A stretch of 63,538 nucleotides of DNA, the filler included, from Octopus bimaculoides (lineage: Eukaryota): assembly GCF_001194135.2 (NCBI RefSeq). It is 7 parts of 7 records of this genome, joined end to end, with 100 filler letters (N's around TTAATTAATTAA, not from the genome) between each part and the next. Parts side by side here need not be neighbours in the genome. Positions count along the whole stretch, not along the records: positions 62,483 to 63,538 come from NW_026397188.1; 6 more parts are not named here. The stretch is one strand, 5' to 3'. The position numbers were made by a program, and so were the translations under genes. The notes beneath the pieces are model-generated. The model had not been told where the DNA came from. It worked only from the letters and a program-made list of their open reading frames with translations, and did no database searches. This document shows, one piece after another, positions 62,585-63,538 of this stretch (positions are counted from its first letter, which is position 1; each line of letters begins with the position of its first letter).

Positions 62585-63538
62585 AAATACATAAACTTGG
62601 CTACATCCTCTAGTTTACCGGTTTCTAGTTTAATACGTTTGCTGTTTTCTTCATTAATGCGCATAATTTTTGATTTGTCACGGTTGACTTTCAATCCTCG
62701 TTTGGCAGCTATTGCTTCTAATTTTGACGTTTTATTTTGCATTTGGCTATATGTTTGTGAAAGTAGCGCTATATCATCTGCAAAGTCGAGATCTTCTAGA
62801 GCTTCTGCATCCGTCCATTCAATGCCTGTTTCGCTTTCAATCGTAGTTTCCTTCATAATCCAATCTATAACTAGTAGAAATAAAAAGGGAGAAAGTATAC
62901 AGCCCTGTCGAACTCCGGTTTTTACTTCGAATTTATCCGTAGCTCCGTTTCCATGCATGACTCGGCATGACATTCCTTGGCAAGTTGCTCTTATTATAGA
63001 TATATACTTGTCTGGTATGCCGTTGTGCTGCATAATTCTCCATAAGCCTTCCCTATCTACACTATCGAATGATTTTTCGAAATCAATAAAATTAATATAA
63101 AGCGGTGCATTCCACTCTGTGCTTTGCTCCAAGATGATGCGAAGAGTTGCGATTTGATCTACACATGAACGGTTCTTCCTAAATCCGGCTTGTTCTTTAC
63201 GCAACAATTTGTCGACTGATGTCCTCATCCGCTCCAAAAGTATCCTGTTAAAAACTTTTCTGGAAGTCGATAACATAATCCCTCTATAATTTCTGCAAAC
63301 ACTTAAATCACCTTTTTTTGGCAATTTTACGATGAGTCCCTCTTTCCAATCATTAGGCACATTTTCTTCCTGCCATATCTTAGAAAATAATGGATGAAAC
63401 ATTTCTACCACTATTCCTATAGCTGATTTCATTGCTTCAGCTGGAATATTGTCTACACCTCCCACTTTCCCATTCTTGAAGGATTGTTTAGCCTTTCTTA
63501 TTTCAAACTTGGACGGTGGGTCAAGGCTGATGTTAAGA
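62585..63538 (-). pseudogene. RTE-clade reverse transcriptase from a second lineage without PHD, with a long open frame
   Basis: KLPKKGDL ... NYRGI ... EQAGFRKNRSCVDQI ... FIDFEKSFDSV ... GVRQGCILSP ... LDFADDIALL ... NRDKSK ... LEDVAKFMY. Homology breaks before the expected LG, and the ORF continues past the window end. Confidence 0.93.

Noticed and set aside
62489-63100. 203-aa plus-strand ORF; similar cases at 11667-11978, 18439-18783 and 21705-21926
   Set aside because: These are antisense shadows of LINE RT frames.
59760-63538. Apparent cassette of Tx1 ORF1 + palindromic array + RT, resembling a CRISPR-like or retron-like system
   Set aside because: The three parts are separated by artificial linkers, so adjacency is unsupported. 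The array has no unique spacers, no cas-like genes are present, and the RT is an ordinary RTE.

Overview
Repeat-dominated, AT-rich eukaryotic genomic DNA with many N gaps. The SINE types and microsatellite density suggest a coleoid cephalopod (Octopus-like), but this is inference. No host protein-coding gene could be supported; nearly all long ORFs in the track run through N gaps or microsatellites. Six TTAATTAATTAA linkers embedded in 100-bp N blocks mark artificial joins, so adjacency across them is not biological. Contents: a decayed, near-full-length Tx1/L1-type LINE (19501-24334, minus) and a second divergent Tx1-type ORF1; at least two RTE-clade LINE lineages; a CR1/L2-group 3' fragment; a full-length decayed mariner plus mariner and piggyBac MITEs; Helitron/Helentron-type ends; several tRNA-derived SINE families; and many micro- and minisatellites. 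Best leads: (1) one RTE family carries a canonical C4HC3 PHD finger inserted inside the reverse transcriptase, between conserved blocks 6 and 7. It is seen in two independent copies and is absent from another RTE in the same window. (2) A CpG-rich 55/60-bp satellite is built from alternating inverted ~30-bp half-units with two dyad centres per unit, partial covariation and higher-order structure. (3) A LINE and a SINE share a 3' tail with a compensatory base-pair change. (4) A highly structured Penelope-like region carries two decayed hammerhead-like cores.
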